NCBI GenBank assembly: GCA_003971905.1
Contig: RSEE01000033.1
Span: 310,001 to 374,000, forward strand
Source of the DNA: Moniliella sp. 'wahieum'
Taxonomy: Eukaryota
Length of the DNA stretch: 64,000 nt
Direction: 5' to 3'
Below the pieces are notes generated by a model. That model did not search any database and was not told where the DNA came from. It saw only the letters and a program-made list of their open reading frames with translations. Below, in pieces: positions 24,601 through 37,176 of the stretch. Made by a program: the position numbers and the translations under genes. Positions within the stretch are counted from its first letter, which is position 1. Every line of letters starts with the position of its first letter.

Positions 24601-25143
24601 TGCTTTTTTTCTTCCAACTTTAATTACTCCGCCGTCGGTGCGAGGTTTGCGTCCTCCCTTGGGATTCGGGTCGCTCTGAACCTGAGGGTGACAGGGGTGA
24701 GTCGGATTGAAGCGAGGGAAACGTGAAACCAAGGTCCAGAAATGGGGTGCATGGCAAGATCGTCCGGGCAGGAATCAAGAGGACCAAGGCGACAAGAGCA
24801 GAAGGGAAACCGAGAAGAAGAATTGAGATACACGGATGATTGGAAATTGGAGCGAGCTCGGGTCTGTGACCGAACGACTAAGTCTCTCCAATTTCCAATT
24901 CTGCATCCTGTGTCTCGCTCTTTCCTTTCCTTTTGCTTCTGTTCTCTGCCCGATGCCTTCTGTTTCCTCCCAAGAACGGTCTTCCCTTTCCCCCCGCATT
25001 TGACATGTGACATGGCGACAGGATCTTGGTCTCCCTCGTTTAGCCCCGACTGTTCCATGTAACTTTGTCATTAATCATCCGGGCACAGGGTAATCCCGGT
25101 CAGTCGGTGCGAAAATAGGCACTGATGCTACTTGCCTAAGTTG

Positions 25144-26009
25144 TGTCATGGGGGGGATCCCGAAGTGGGACCCCCCCTGTAGTTTAGGGGTATAAACCCT
25201 TGGGCAGATCAATCGGTGGCTCGTACGTTAGGTCCTGCTCCAGATCCTGGTTGAACCGAGCGGGTGTAGAGGCTAGGGAGAGACCCTCTAGTTTGGGTGG
25301 CTGCCTGCGTGCAAAGGCCGCAGTCCAGACCCTCCGAGGTAGGAGCCGTGTACGTAGGTCGTTAGACCAGCTGAAGGGGTCCAGGAGCTCCGGAGTTACT
25401 CTGTTCCTCGCAGCGTTACCACACTCGGTACGCTGTAACTGGCGGGAACAGACAGTCCTAAAGAAGAGCAAGCGCTACCGATGTGAGTAACCGCGGCTTG
25501 CAGAGTGCTCGACGTAAGCCGTAAATTCATAAACGTAAGGGTGGTAGAAGGTGGAAGGGCGAGAGAGGAACTGGTAGTCGGGGAGACCAACGGTAATAGA
25601 CAGGATGGTCGACAAGGACCACAGCTAGCAAGCCTTAGACATGGCTGCTTATATACAGCAGAAGGAACCAGGCCTCAAGTGCCTCATGACAGGTATAGAC
25701 AGAATGCGGGGCACTTCCCAGAAAGGTAAAGAAGACTAATGCACAGCCCTTGCTTCCCAAGGCGCTGACGCTGCGCAGTCGGGTGCAGCAGGAAGGGTTC
25801 TGACAAGACTGGGCGCAATAGGCACAAAGCATCGTACCGATAAGCCCATGCGGCCATGGCGGGCCGCGGATGATATCCGCAGCAAGGATAAGGCCTAAGG
25901 TGTCGACTGGCTCTCTCTCGCTAGTCTAACCGGACTGACGCATGTTGGGCTGAGATGTCTACGACATGCGGGGCTCAGCGTCCGGAGATAACCGGAGCGC
26001 CCCGTAACA
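25144..26009 (-). mobile_element. Solo LTR (866 bp) of an LTR retrotransposon
   Basis: Termini TGTCATG...CGTAACA; perfect 5-bp target-site duplication AGTTG (25139-25143 and 26010-26014); TATATAA on the minus strand near 25650; no coding capacity. Confidence 0.9.
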
Positions 26010-26493
26010 AGTTGCGTCCATATCATTGACAGAGCTTAAGGCTGGGACAGGGGAAATGTAAAGCCAGTCTACTCTTCCCATTTGAGCTTGAACGCTGTGA
26101 CATGTGAGCGCGGCTGAGCGCGGGCTGAGCGCTGAGCCTCAGCCTCCTTCCTCTCATCACTAGCACTAGTCACTTCCGTATCCCGTGCCTATTCGCCCAC
26201 GGGGAAACAATGACTACATTGGTTGGCCTACGCTTCATTCCATTGCGGTCCCTCTCGAACGCAGGGGACAGAAGGTCGCTATGCTGCACAAAGGTTATCC
26301 ACTGCACGAACTGTAGTGCCCCCCCCCTTGTTGAGCCGCCTGTCGAGGACGTCCATTATCCTGGTACAGTTTGCTCCTTGCGAATCCTATGCAAGAGGCC
26401 GGACATGGGATGGGGGAACGAGCTGAGGTGACAGGACCGGCGATCGATGCGAAGGGGGCAGTGCTCCCCCCCCCCGCCCCGATGAACTCAGGA

Positions 26494-29400
26494 TTACGAC
26501 TCATCAGGAGCAGGATGTGTCGCCGACGTCGGAGACGGCCAAGCCAAGGGGTCGATCCGTTGGTAAAAGAGCATGTACGCCTTTGTCTTGCTCACCTCGT
26601 CCCAGGATGCCTGTCGAACGAGCTCATCCGATACATGCACCCACACCTTGTCCCCACCTTGCCGGGGCGAATGGAGAACAAAGGCAGTGTAGTGGCCCGA
26701 GGCCAGTAGGCCCGTGTGCACAATCACTGCCACCAAGTCATACTGAGTCGGTTGGTCCAGGTCGGGCGCCGGGGCGTCGGTGGTGGGCTGCTTCGAACGA
26801 CCGTACCGGTCGTAGCACTGGCGCGGCGGAGCGAGCCACGGTGCGATATCCAGCACGGGTGGGAACGAGACAAACTCATCTACTTTTTCACCTTGTTTTG
26901 CACCCGCCGCACTTCCCAACGTCAGCGCACCCCCCAAGCCCGAGAGGGATGTGACGGCAAACCGTTTGAGCTGCACGACGAGCAGAGGCGGTGCCGAGGC
27001 AATTAGGTACCGTTTCAGTGCCGGCTGACGAATCCTTCCAGTACGACGAACGGGCTTAGGAGGTCGAAGCACTGTGGCTCGACAGCGTCGCCACATCCCG
27101 CTCGGACGGGTGCGTGACGGCCACCGTAGTGGGCACACTTCCCTCCGAGGGAGGTGCGACAACCGCTGGCTCCCAGAGGCACACCAAAGCCAGATGCATC
27201 CGATGTCCATCCCTCGCCTTCCCTTGCGACCGAGCCAGTGCGAGAGCGCATGATGGGTGCAGACGTGTCACTGTCCCCTAAGCTGGCAGCGCTAGAACGG
27301 GCGTGGAGCGCAGGCACCGACATGGACGCTCGACTCGAGGAAGGAGTCATCATCTGCCAGGTGCCATTCGGAGGCACACCGTGCCGCCCTGAGCTGGGCC
27401 GAAGGTTATCGTCGTCCGAGTCGGCGTCCGGCGAGGAATCTGAGCCTGGCTCCGTTGGGAGCGAAGGGGAGCGAGCCCGTAGGCCATGCTGGATTCGCCA
27501 GCACCGCTTGCACAAAAACGCATCTTCCCCTTCGAGTAGCTCGGATTGAGTAAACGTGTTGAGGGCAGCCACCAAGCCAGTCCCCTCTTGGGCGCGCAGC
27601 GCACTGCCATCCTCTCCATTCGGCAATGCACTACCCTCGGATGACAACGAAACGGGTTGGGCAAGCGAGAGGGAGGTACCCGTCTGCGCCGCGGACGCAC
27701 AGGCCGCAGCTACATCCACCACGCTCAGCTTCCCTCGCCGTGTGGACGCAGCATCCCGGAGAGCATAGAGCACAGACGGATCCACTGCCTTCCGTGGTGA
27801 ACCCGACAGCAGTTGAGCAATGTAGAGCAAATGAGGCGGTACGCCTTCTAGCTGGCCCGATTGCGAATCGGACACGGTCAAGGCCATCGGCACCGACGGA
27901 TCGAGGGGCCAGGAGGTCGAACGGTGCGGCGAAAAGGGCGATGGAGCTTGTGCGAGTGATGGCCGTGTCGCGCACCGAGACCAGAATGTCCAAAGTGCGA
28001 CTGTCGCCGATCCTTCTGTTCCTCCACCGCTCGCACCCCAGCGGCATCCGAGGCATGCGAGGCAACCGTGGCGGCCTCCAATTTGTCCACCAAGTCCGGC
28101 GTGATGGTGTCTTCCCTCTTGACGTCCGGAGGCACCAATGTGTCTTGGCGATCGACCTCGGGACGGCCAGGGCCAGGAGACTCTGGAAGAGCTTGTGGGA
28201 AATAGGCGCCAAGGGGGCTCGGCTGCGGTGGTAAGGCCGCTTGTACGCCGTTGGGACTCTCTTGCGGGGAGGAGACAGCGTATTCGTCATCGTCCAAACT
28301 CTCGGACCCGTTGGTCATGGACGTAAAGTCTAGTCCGTTTGTGTGCCGGGCCACAGGCGCATGAGCAGGCGCGCTAGCCTGCGGAACCACGAGGAAAGGG
28401 GGAACAGGCTCGGCGCCCTTCTTGACCTTGCGAATCATAGTCCGACGACGACGAAAAAGTTGCCACGAGACTCCTCCTCTTCCGGGCTAGGATCCGGTTT
28501 GGGCGTACGTGAGAAGAAGCGCCTCCGCTCTTTGCCCACCGGACCCTCAGTGGGACCAGTAGATTGCGGACGAGGAGTAGTCGGTGGGACTTATCTGTCG
28601 TGCGAGATGCAGCACGGGAAGGAGTCAGGGTCACAGACGCATGGATCGGACCCATGTCGGCACCTCCTTTTGATGACGCGATGGGATTGGGTGTGGTTGC
28701 CGTCGGACGGGACCAAAGTTTCCTGGATTGTCCTTGGCAAGCAAGAGCGTCGTCCGGGGCTGCGCTGCTGGGGCGGGAAAGGGATTCAGCGGTCCGCTGT
28801 ACCGCCTTGGCCATAGAGGAAGAGAAGGAAGTACCAGCTGCCGCGGACATGTCGCCCACTCCCTCGTCCGCAACACCCAGCATCGTACCTGGAGTGCCAG
28901 GGCGAGAACGGCCGCCGGTGCGACTGGACCAGCGTTCAGAAAGCCTCAAGAATGCCAAACGTTTTTTGCTCTGAGCAATAGGTGCGCCCGGCGTGGCAGG
29001 CTGGGGGAGGGAGAGCGAAAGGTCGTAGAAAGGTTCATATGTCTGGCTCACATAGCCACATGCTTGGCAGATAATGGTCGAGGCCAACTTTCCTTCAAAT
29101 ACTTGTTCAACCAGGGTTCGAGAGACGCAGCATGGTCAATGCCACCAACCGAGGCGACTGAACCGGTCACAGACCCAGGCGGGATAGGTGTGGCTGTTGC
29201 CACGGGAGTGGATGGTGCCTTGGGTTGGGATGCAGGGAAAGCAACAGAAATATTGTTTTGCGTCGGAGTCAAGGGTTCCACGGCTGCGTCGGATGGTGAG
29301 GGAAGCAAATCTCCGGGCATGGGGACAGAGGTGGGCGACAAGAGATGAGAATAAGGGTTATTGGCTGCGAGTGCAGCCTGGGGGTCCAAGTCGGCTGGAG

Positions 29401-30169
29401 GACTGAGACCCATAGGAAAACTGGTCTGTCGCCGGGGAGACCGAGATGCGGAATGGATTTGAGGGTTTTGAGGGATGGACGTTGGGATAGAGGTAGAGGG
29501 AACACCCCCCGGGGCTGGGGGCTTGGCGTCTGTCCCGTGCCATGTCGTCTGTACAGGAGGCAAACCATGGAGCGGGGCGGGGGTGACGGGAGGCAACTGG
29601 CTGTCATCCGAAGCGTGCGGGGCAGGGGAGGAGGTCGCAGACGGCTCTGATGTAGAGATGGAGGGGTCAAACTGGCCCTGCGCCCAGACACTTGCAAGCT
29701 GGCCTTGATGACGTCTTTCTCCTCCATCTGGCAGCAATCGGCAACAGCGAGAGAGCCTCGTGTGCGTCCTGCTGCTCGCCCGTGACCAAATCGGGAAACC
29801 GTTTCTTGAGCGCAGCCAGCAGGGACTTGGGATCCACAACATGCACAGCAGCTTGGCTGCCGGAGGGCGGGTGTGCGCGGTGGAAGCAGGTGTGGTCCCA
29901 CATGTCAGCAAGCAGTTGGAGCAGGGTGGAGGTCAGCGGCATGGCGATGGCGGACGATGGCGATGGGCCTGTGGCTTGGCTGAGGAGGGGGCAGGGCGGT
30001 GCGCATGGAGGGCAATGACGGCGGGACTGGTAGAGGGGGGGTGGTGGGATGCGCAGGTTGAATGGCCGAGCGCAGAGGTTGGGCGGCAGCCAGGGACTGG
30101 AGGACGACATTGAGGAAGCAAGAGTTGCCGACATTGGGCACCGGAATGTGTCCGTTGGATGTCGTCCAT
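26494..30169 (-). CDS. Ubiquitin-specific protease (peptidase C19) with long low-complexity insertions; frameshifts
   Basis: Cys box PNVGNSCFLNVVLQSL, QQDAHE, STIICQACG..YEPFYDLSL, LEGEDAFLCKRC, VVQLKRF, His box VHTG..SGHYTAFV..AYMLFYQR. Confidence 0.9.
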
Positions 30170-31046
30170 GGCAGGAGGAGCTGGGGGGAGGAGCAAGGGG
30201 GGCGACGGGGCCAGGGCCGTCGCGAAGGCAGGGCCAAGGGTAGGACGGCACGCTTGGAAGAGCAGGTGGTGGGGTGGTGGTGGTGGTGGTGGTGGTGGTG
30301 GTGGTGGTGGTGGGGAGTGGGGATGGGGGGCGTGATGCTTGACGCTTGACGAACTTGCAGCTTGCAGGCTGCGTTGCTGTGATGGTCACCGACCAGGAAA
30401 TGAGACTCACCGGTGGGGAGGGGGGGCTGGATCGATCGGCGAGCACAGCAAGGAGCGAGCGCATGCAGGCGACCCATCAGATCCATCCGGCTGGTACTCG
30501 ACCGCATGCAGCGCATCCGCCCTGGGCGCTCGGGTGCTCCGTCGGCCGTCGCAGCACGCGCCCATCGCAATCGACCCTCGGGCCCTTTAATCTAACGCCG
30601 CGCAGCCCACATGCTGCACCTCACTTGCACCGACCCCAGCCCACCACCACGTGGCGTTCACACATTAAACCCAGCCCATCGCTCCCATTCCGGCTGCATC
30701 CAGCATCCCGCCCCGCATCACGTGATGCATTGCCCCAGCATGCCACCGAAAAGAGTGAAGCCTTGCAACTTGAAACTTGCACATTGAACATTGAACGATC
30801 ATCGATCACTAGTGAACGTTGAACGTTGAACAGGGCACGCTGCATGCGTCGCACCGCACCGCACATCTCGAGCGCAGCGCTCCAGCTGGCTGCTGCACTC
30901 TCCCCCAGTGCCGCCTTGTGCCCTCTGGTGCCCGCCCCCCGCCTGCACGTGCCAGGCTTGCGCGCCCACCAGCCACGCCTCGCTCCAGCCTCACCCACAC
31001 CCACACCCAGCCTTCTCCTCGACCTCTCCCCAGCCCCTCCTCCCCC

Positions 31047-32040
31047 ATGTCCGCCACCGCCACCGTCGACGTCAGCAATCTGGCGCCTGGCACCACCGAG
31101 CACGCGCTCCAGGACTTCTTCTCCTTCTGCGGCTCCATCGACCATGTCCAGCTTGCTCCCTCCGGCACCAGGCCAAGGTAACCTTCGCCTCCCCCTCCGC
31201 CGCGAGCAACGCAGCCATGTATGTGCCCCCTCTCCACGCCTCCTGTCCTCCTCGCTCTAACTCCCGCCTACGCTGCCCTCTCTCCCAGGCTCAATGGTGG
31301 CACCCTCAACGACGCCACCATCGCCGTCACCCTTGAATCTTCTAGCCCTGCCACAGCGCCTGCGCCTGCTGTTGCTTCTTCCACCTCCGAGGGGGCGGCG
31401 CACCAGGAGGACAAGCCCAAGACGGCCATTGTCGCCGAGTACCTTGCCGCTGGCTACAAGCTGTCGGATGACATTGCCAAGCGAGCGCTGGAGCTGGACC
31501 AAAAGAACGGGTACTCGTCCAAGTTCCATCAGTTCCTGGCCGGTCTGGACCGCAAGCTGGGCGAAAAAACGGCTGCCCCCGTAGCCGACAAGGGCGTCTC
31601 GACTCCAGCGAGGATGCGGCCGTCTCGAGCGAGAAGGAGGCGGTGCCGGCATCGTCAGAGCCCGCTGCCGCTCCTTCCTTTGTCGCCAATGTGCACGACA
31701 AATTCAACCAGCAACTGCAAGACCCCAACTCGCTGGTCAGCCAAGCCCAGGCTCAAGCTAACAGCTTTATGGCCCGGCCCGAGGTGAACAACCTGTGGTC
31801 AAAGCTGGGATCGTACTACAACCAAGCTGTCAACCACCCCCAAATCCATAAGTTTTACACCGACACGAGTCGCACGGTTCAAGATGTGCACCAAGAGGCC
31901 CACCGCATTGCCCAGGACAAGTATGGTTTGACTCACCGTCACCACCTCCATCAACTTTTCCAGTCGGGTTCGGAATCGGCACCAGCGCCCGCGCAAGCCC
32001 CCGCGCAAGCGCCCTCGTCTGAGCCCCAGGCCCCGGGAAA
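31047..32040 (+). CDS. Vip1-like RRM protein (intron 31219-31288); the frame runs on into Ssp120
   Basis: VDVSNLAPGTTEHALQDFFSFCGSI, QEDKPKTAIVAEYLAAGYKLSD..ALELDQKNG, KFYTDTSRTVQDVHQEAHRIA. Confidence 0.82.
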
Positions 32041-33308
32041 GGCCAGCCTCAACTGGGTTCTTGTGCTCCTGCTGGTTCTGAGCGTCTTCACCGCAGGCGC
32101 CAGCGCCCATGGCGACGAAGAGGATGCAGCGGTGATTGCAGGTGTGAAAGCGCCTGCGCCGGGCCAGGAATCATACATCCAAAAGCACATGGCCAACGAA
32201 CACCACATCAATGCGTTTGACATGGGTTCCTTTTTTACCCTCCACGATTCTCAACCGGGATGGCGTCTGGGATCGGTCCGAAGTTGAGGCCATTTATGGC
32301 GTGCACCACAGCATGTCGATCAAGCACTCTCCGACCGCCGAAGTGCACGATGAGAAGGCAGACAAGATTGTGAAAGAGGTGTGTTCAAGCGCCTCGACCT
32401 CAATGGCGACGCGATGATCACCAAGAGCGAGTTCATCAAGGGCGGTGCGGAAGCTCTGCCTACGTTTGAGGAATATGGGATCGGGGTGCTGGGCCACCAC
32501 TACGATCCCGAGTCGGAATTCTTTGTGCACCACGAGGAAAAGTACCACTCGACGCCTGACACTCAAAACCGAGGAGGCCTACAACCACCCGGAAGACATT
32601 GAGCACTTTATGAGCCATCAGAAGATCGAGGACGAGGAGGAGAACCGGGAGCGCAAGGCAGAGGGGATGCCGTCGATCGAGGATGAGGCAAAGTTGCGCG
32701 AGGAAGCTGCGGCCAAGGGAGAGACGTTTGTGTCGGAAATCAGAAGAACCTCCGTTCCGGCGATCAAGAATTTCGTGAAGTGGAGCAAGATGCGTATTAC
32801 GGTGGCTATGCCCAAGACGAGGCGGCGTCGGAGCAGCACGTTTTCCGTGGGCCCGGCGGTGCGCACGTAGTCAAGAGCCACTCGGAGAATGCGAGCCATG
32901 CCAACACCCTGGGTGAGCGCTTGGAGGGCGAGACGCAGGAAGGGTATGAGCAGCGAAGGAGCTGTACGAATCGCGACTCAAGGCGGCGGCGTACTTTGAC
33001 AAGCTGGAGAAGGAGCGAAAGCACGGATAGCCAAGGCGGCGGAGAAGAGAAGCAAGAGGCGGGCGAGACGGAGGAGGCCTTCCTGCGGCGGCTCAACAAG
33101 GCCAAGTGGGAGGCAGCGCAGCGCGAAGACTACGGCAAGGGCACCAAGGGCTTTGCGCGCCCCAAGGACGATGCGGACGGATGCGCAAGGGCGCGCCGTA
33201 CAAGGTACGTGGCTCAGCTGCGCGGCAAGGGCAGGGATGTGTGTCGACTGACGAGTGCTTGGCTGCCAGAACCGGATGAAGAAGGGCTCGTACTTTGGCG
33301 AGTTCTAA
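32041..33308 (+). CDS. Ssp120-like EF-hand secretory-pathway protein (intron 33205-33269); no own ATG before the hydrophobic leader
   Basis: HMANEHHINAFDMGSFFTLHD(L)NRDGVWDRSEVEAIYG, LDLNGDAMITKSEF, GHHYDPESEFFVHHEEKYH, YNHPEDIEHF. Confidence 0.85.
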
Positions 33309-33586
33309 GCACCCGCGAGACGATGCCCAGCAAGCGGCCGCGCCTGGATGCGCTCGGCGTGGGGCGTGTGTGCCAAGTGTTAGTTGAGCCGAGCAAAGTG
33401 CGTGACAGATGTCTATTTGCCTCATCCGCAGTGTGCCAGCGCTCAGCGCTCAGCGCCCCGCAGCCGCCCCACAGACGCTTGCATGCGCCCCCTTGTTATA
33501 GCCCGTAGCTCCCCAGACGCACCGCAGCGGGGCATGCAGCCTCCCCCTCCCGCTCCGCTTCCCGCCCCACCATCCCCCCCTCGGCC

Positions 33587-36500
33587 ATGGCCCCGATTCC
33601 CGCGACCAGGACGCGCTGGGCAGCAGCGCCGACGACGAGGCCGCTGCCATGCATGCCTTTAACTACGTCCCGCAGGCCCAATTCTTTGTCCCCCCCCCAC
33701 CCCGGCCGCCGCACACCTGCCCAGACACCCGCCACCCCCACCGCCCGACCAGCAGCGACAGCGACAGTAAATGCTGCTACCCCGCGCCTTTTCCCAGGGG
33801 CCCAATGCCCCTCATCTGCCACGCCCAACGCTGTCGCTGCGCCTCCCACCGCCGTAACCCCCCGCGCTGGCCCAGGCCTGCCTACCGCGGTCAAGTCCGT
33901 CGCCTCCTCTGCGCACTCGCCAACGGCCCCGCACGGCCGCAAGGTGCACTTTACCAATCAAGATACCATCCAGGAGATCTCCTCCTCCCCCACCGACAAT
34001 CTGGGTCCAGTTCGTTCACAGCCGACGAGCCCATGTTGGACCACCGTTCCCCTATTAGTATGTCCGTGTTGGTGCCCCCTGCCCCCCCTCCCCGTGCCTA
34101 ATCTTGGCTGCGTTGATTGCACAGGCCAGAAGCGTGCGTCGAGTGCACCCACCGCCTCCACCATGGTCCAACTCAAACGGCCGCGCTATGCTTCGGCGGG
34201 CCGGTCGGACGTTGAGCTCCTGTTCTCTCGATTTGAGGAGGCGCGGGACCGCTGGAGCCAGTTTAAGTTGGATGCGCATGATACTATGGTAAATGCGTTG
34301 CGTTGGATGCGCCGAGAGCACACAGAAGCTAACCCTCTTCTCGCGTTTACTTGATCCCAGGTCAAGGAGATGGAAGGCATGTACGCAGTGATGCAAGAAC
34401 AGTATGCTACCCTGCTGGAGGAAAGACGAGTCGCGCAAGGTGACTGTTCAGTCCATGGAGGTCGTGCTAGGCCAGTATGTGCTTCGTCCTCCCCGGGATC
34501 GCGTCCATCGTGGTGTGCTGATGGTTTCACTGCAGATTGACTAGCAATGGGCGCGTGATGTTGGCGGAAAACAACGGATCAAGGCCCGGATACGCGAACT
34601 GGCCCAGGACGTTCAGACGCAGCGAGTGGAACTGGCTCATGTCCATATGAGTACGCACGTGTTCGCCCCTGTTAGAGGGGAAATTACCGCTCTGACTCCT
34701 CCCCCCCACCCCCCCTGTCCTGTTTTGGTGGAGCAGAAGATATGCGTTCGGCGACGGAAGGGTGAACAAGCTTCGTACCACACTGGATGGCTTGACTCGC
34801 GAGAGTACCGGTCTTCCCTATCCAAGCGTAAGCGCAATCCTATCCGTGTGCTTTGGATTTCAAACTGATGGTTTCTTGGTTGGCCCATGCCATCTTAGTT
34901 CAAGTCGAGATTGATGTACAGAAGAGGGCGTTGGACACGGCACAGAAGATGAAGCAAAAGGTCTGTCCACGCAGCCGTATGGGAATCGGGCTTGCTCACA
35001 TGCCCAGTTTGCAGGCCGAAGGCGAATGTACCCGGTTGGACAAAAAAGTTGGGGACTTGTCAGAAGAGATGGAGGAGATGCAGACTACATCAAGGAACAA
35101 GGGGACACGGCAAAAAGAAGCAAGGAGGCGTATGTCGTTTGTTAAGTTTGGTTGCCAAAAATGGGCGGGGTAACTAACGTGTGCGTGCGCTTTGTGAATG
35201 GCAAGATTGGACACAGCCCACCAGGAACTGGCCCAACTAAGAGCAACATCCAAAAACAATCTCAAGACCGTGGCATCTGGGTTGGCAAGTCATGGTTGGC
35301 CCAAAAAGCGGTCGCCCGGTCCCAGAAGGGGTACGAACGTTTGTCCTACTATCCTCCTGACCATACTGCCGTCCGTGTATGACAAGACGAGCTGCTGATA
35401 AAGGCATCACCTTTATGTTTCTGCAGGTTAGATGAAGCACAGAGCCAACTTGCTGCACTGCAAGCGAGCGAAATGGCAACTCGTGAGCTCATGGAGCAAC
35501 TCGAGAAACGCCCTCCGACGAATCAGAAGCAATGGAGCCATCGGAAAGAAAAAATAAAAGCGTTGAAGCTGAAGGAAGGCTGCGCTTGAAGCTAGCAGTG
35601 CCACGGAGCGGGCGCAGAAGAGAGAGCTCGAGGTCCAACTGGAAGGGCGTGTGAAGGACCTAGCTGCCTCGCAGCAACACGTCGCCTCTCTGCGCATACA
35701 AGTGGAGAACTTCAAGCTGAAGCGACGGATGCCGAGTCGCTTCGAACCACGAAGGAGGCGACGGAACGGGTATGTCACGACCTGCGTACATACCTCACCG
35801 AGGTACATGAACAACAAACAGCCAAGTCAATCGCGAGGTTACTGGCTTCAACACAGCTTGCCACAGCCATCCACCAAGCCGAGCTTCACCAAGCCCAGAC
35901 CGGGCTCGTTCGAGCCGAGGTGGTGCACTGAACAGAAATTGGCTCATCAAGAGGAACAAGCCAGGATTGCTAATGCGCTCTGATGCAAGAGCGTGACCGG
36001 GCCGATGCGAAAGTGCATGAGTTGGAAGAACACATTTCTGTCAAGGCCAAAGATAAGCAAGCCCAACAACAAGAAGCAGAACGCACCCTTGCGGAATCCA
36101 ACAGGAACTCGACCGCTTGAAAACGATGCACCAGCAACTGATTCAAGAACATGCAACAGTCACAGAAAAGTTGCAAGGAAGTGCTGCTAAATCGTCTGGC
36201 AACCTGCTGACGCGCTGGACAAGGTGAATTGGACGTACTATCCCGCTCTTCTTATATGAGAAGGTAGGGGGACTTCTAACTTTCCGCACCTCAGACGCCA
36301 GATGAGATTGCTGCGTTTACGCATGCTCAAGTACGTTTTTCGACACTTGTTTGACCACTACTCGTGGCCTTTCCAATGACTTTCCTACTGACCTCTGTCC
36401 ATCACTTTACCGTTACCCCCAGTCGGATTTGAGTACCCACATCACGACACTTACTGCCGAATTGGCAAGCGTCCGTTCCGAGCTTCGTTCTACCAACCGA

Positions 36501-37176
36501 GACGTTGGAAAAGGCGAGTGTGTGCTCTACGGGTTATTCATATTACTCGTGCTGTTACTTATACTACTTTTTGCGGCATCCAGGAACGCTCCCTCCTCCG
36601 TCGCCAGCACGAGGCGAAGAAGAATGAACAACGAAAGTACGTGTTGAACCTCAGATGGGAGTATAGGATAGTTGTTCCTACGATTACTGACCAATCGGCT
36701 ATTTCTCATCCTATGTATAGGCTTCGTGCCATGCCGACGAAAACCGCGCCAATGACCTCAGGAGGGCTTTGGCAGACACGAGCTCTGGGGATGTGGGCGA
36801 CGAAGAGGTGAGTTGCGTGATTTTGGCTCACATATGATGCTTTGAGATCCGTCTGACACTGTTTCTCATCCCAGTACCGTCGCGCAGCCTCTCCCTCCCC
36901 CCTCGTATCGGCTCACCATCCCGGCCACGGTTAAAACGCCGATGAAACGCACTTCTCAACAACGCGCGGCGCGGACACTGCTCAAGACCCGCACCGTTAC
37001 CCCAGCTGTTGACGCCAACAACGAAAAGGGCGTACAGGAATGGGATAAGCCCTCGGCATGACCCTCTTCGTCTTGCTCCTGCTGGCTTATCCACAGCGTC
37101 CCCAGCTCGCGAGAGTGAGACCAAGAAATCCTCGAAGATCGTCATCGGACGAACCCCTTCCACTCGCAAGGGCTGA
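33587..37176 (+). CDS. Intron-rich long coiled-coil protein of unknown function (boundaries approximate)
   Basis: About ten short GT-AG introns (e.g. 34289-34360, 34440-34535, 34828-34898, 34960-35014) separating E/Q/K/R-rich heptad exons; Pro/Thr-rich N-terminus and basic S/T-P-rich C-terminus. Confidence 0.55.

Noticed and set aside
30274..30311. (CAC)n tract as a poly-His or poly-Thr N-terminus of the USP
   Set aside because: The most plausible start (30169, MDDIQRTHSG then the Cys box) lies downstream on the minus strand, so the repeat is probably a 5' UTR microsatellite.
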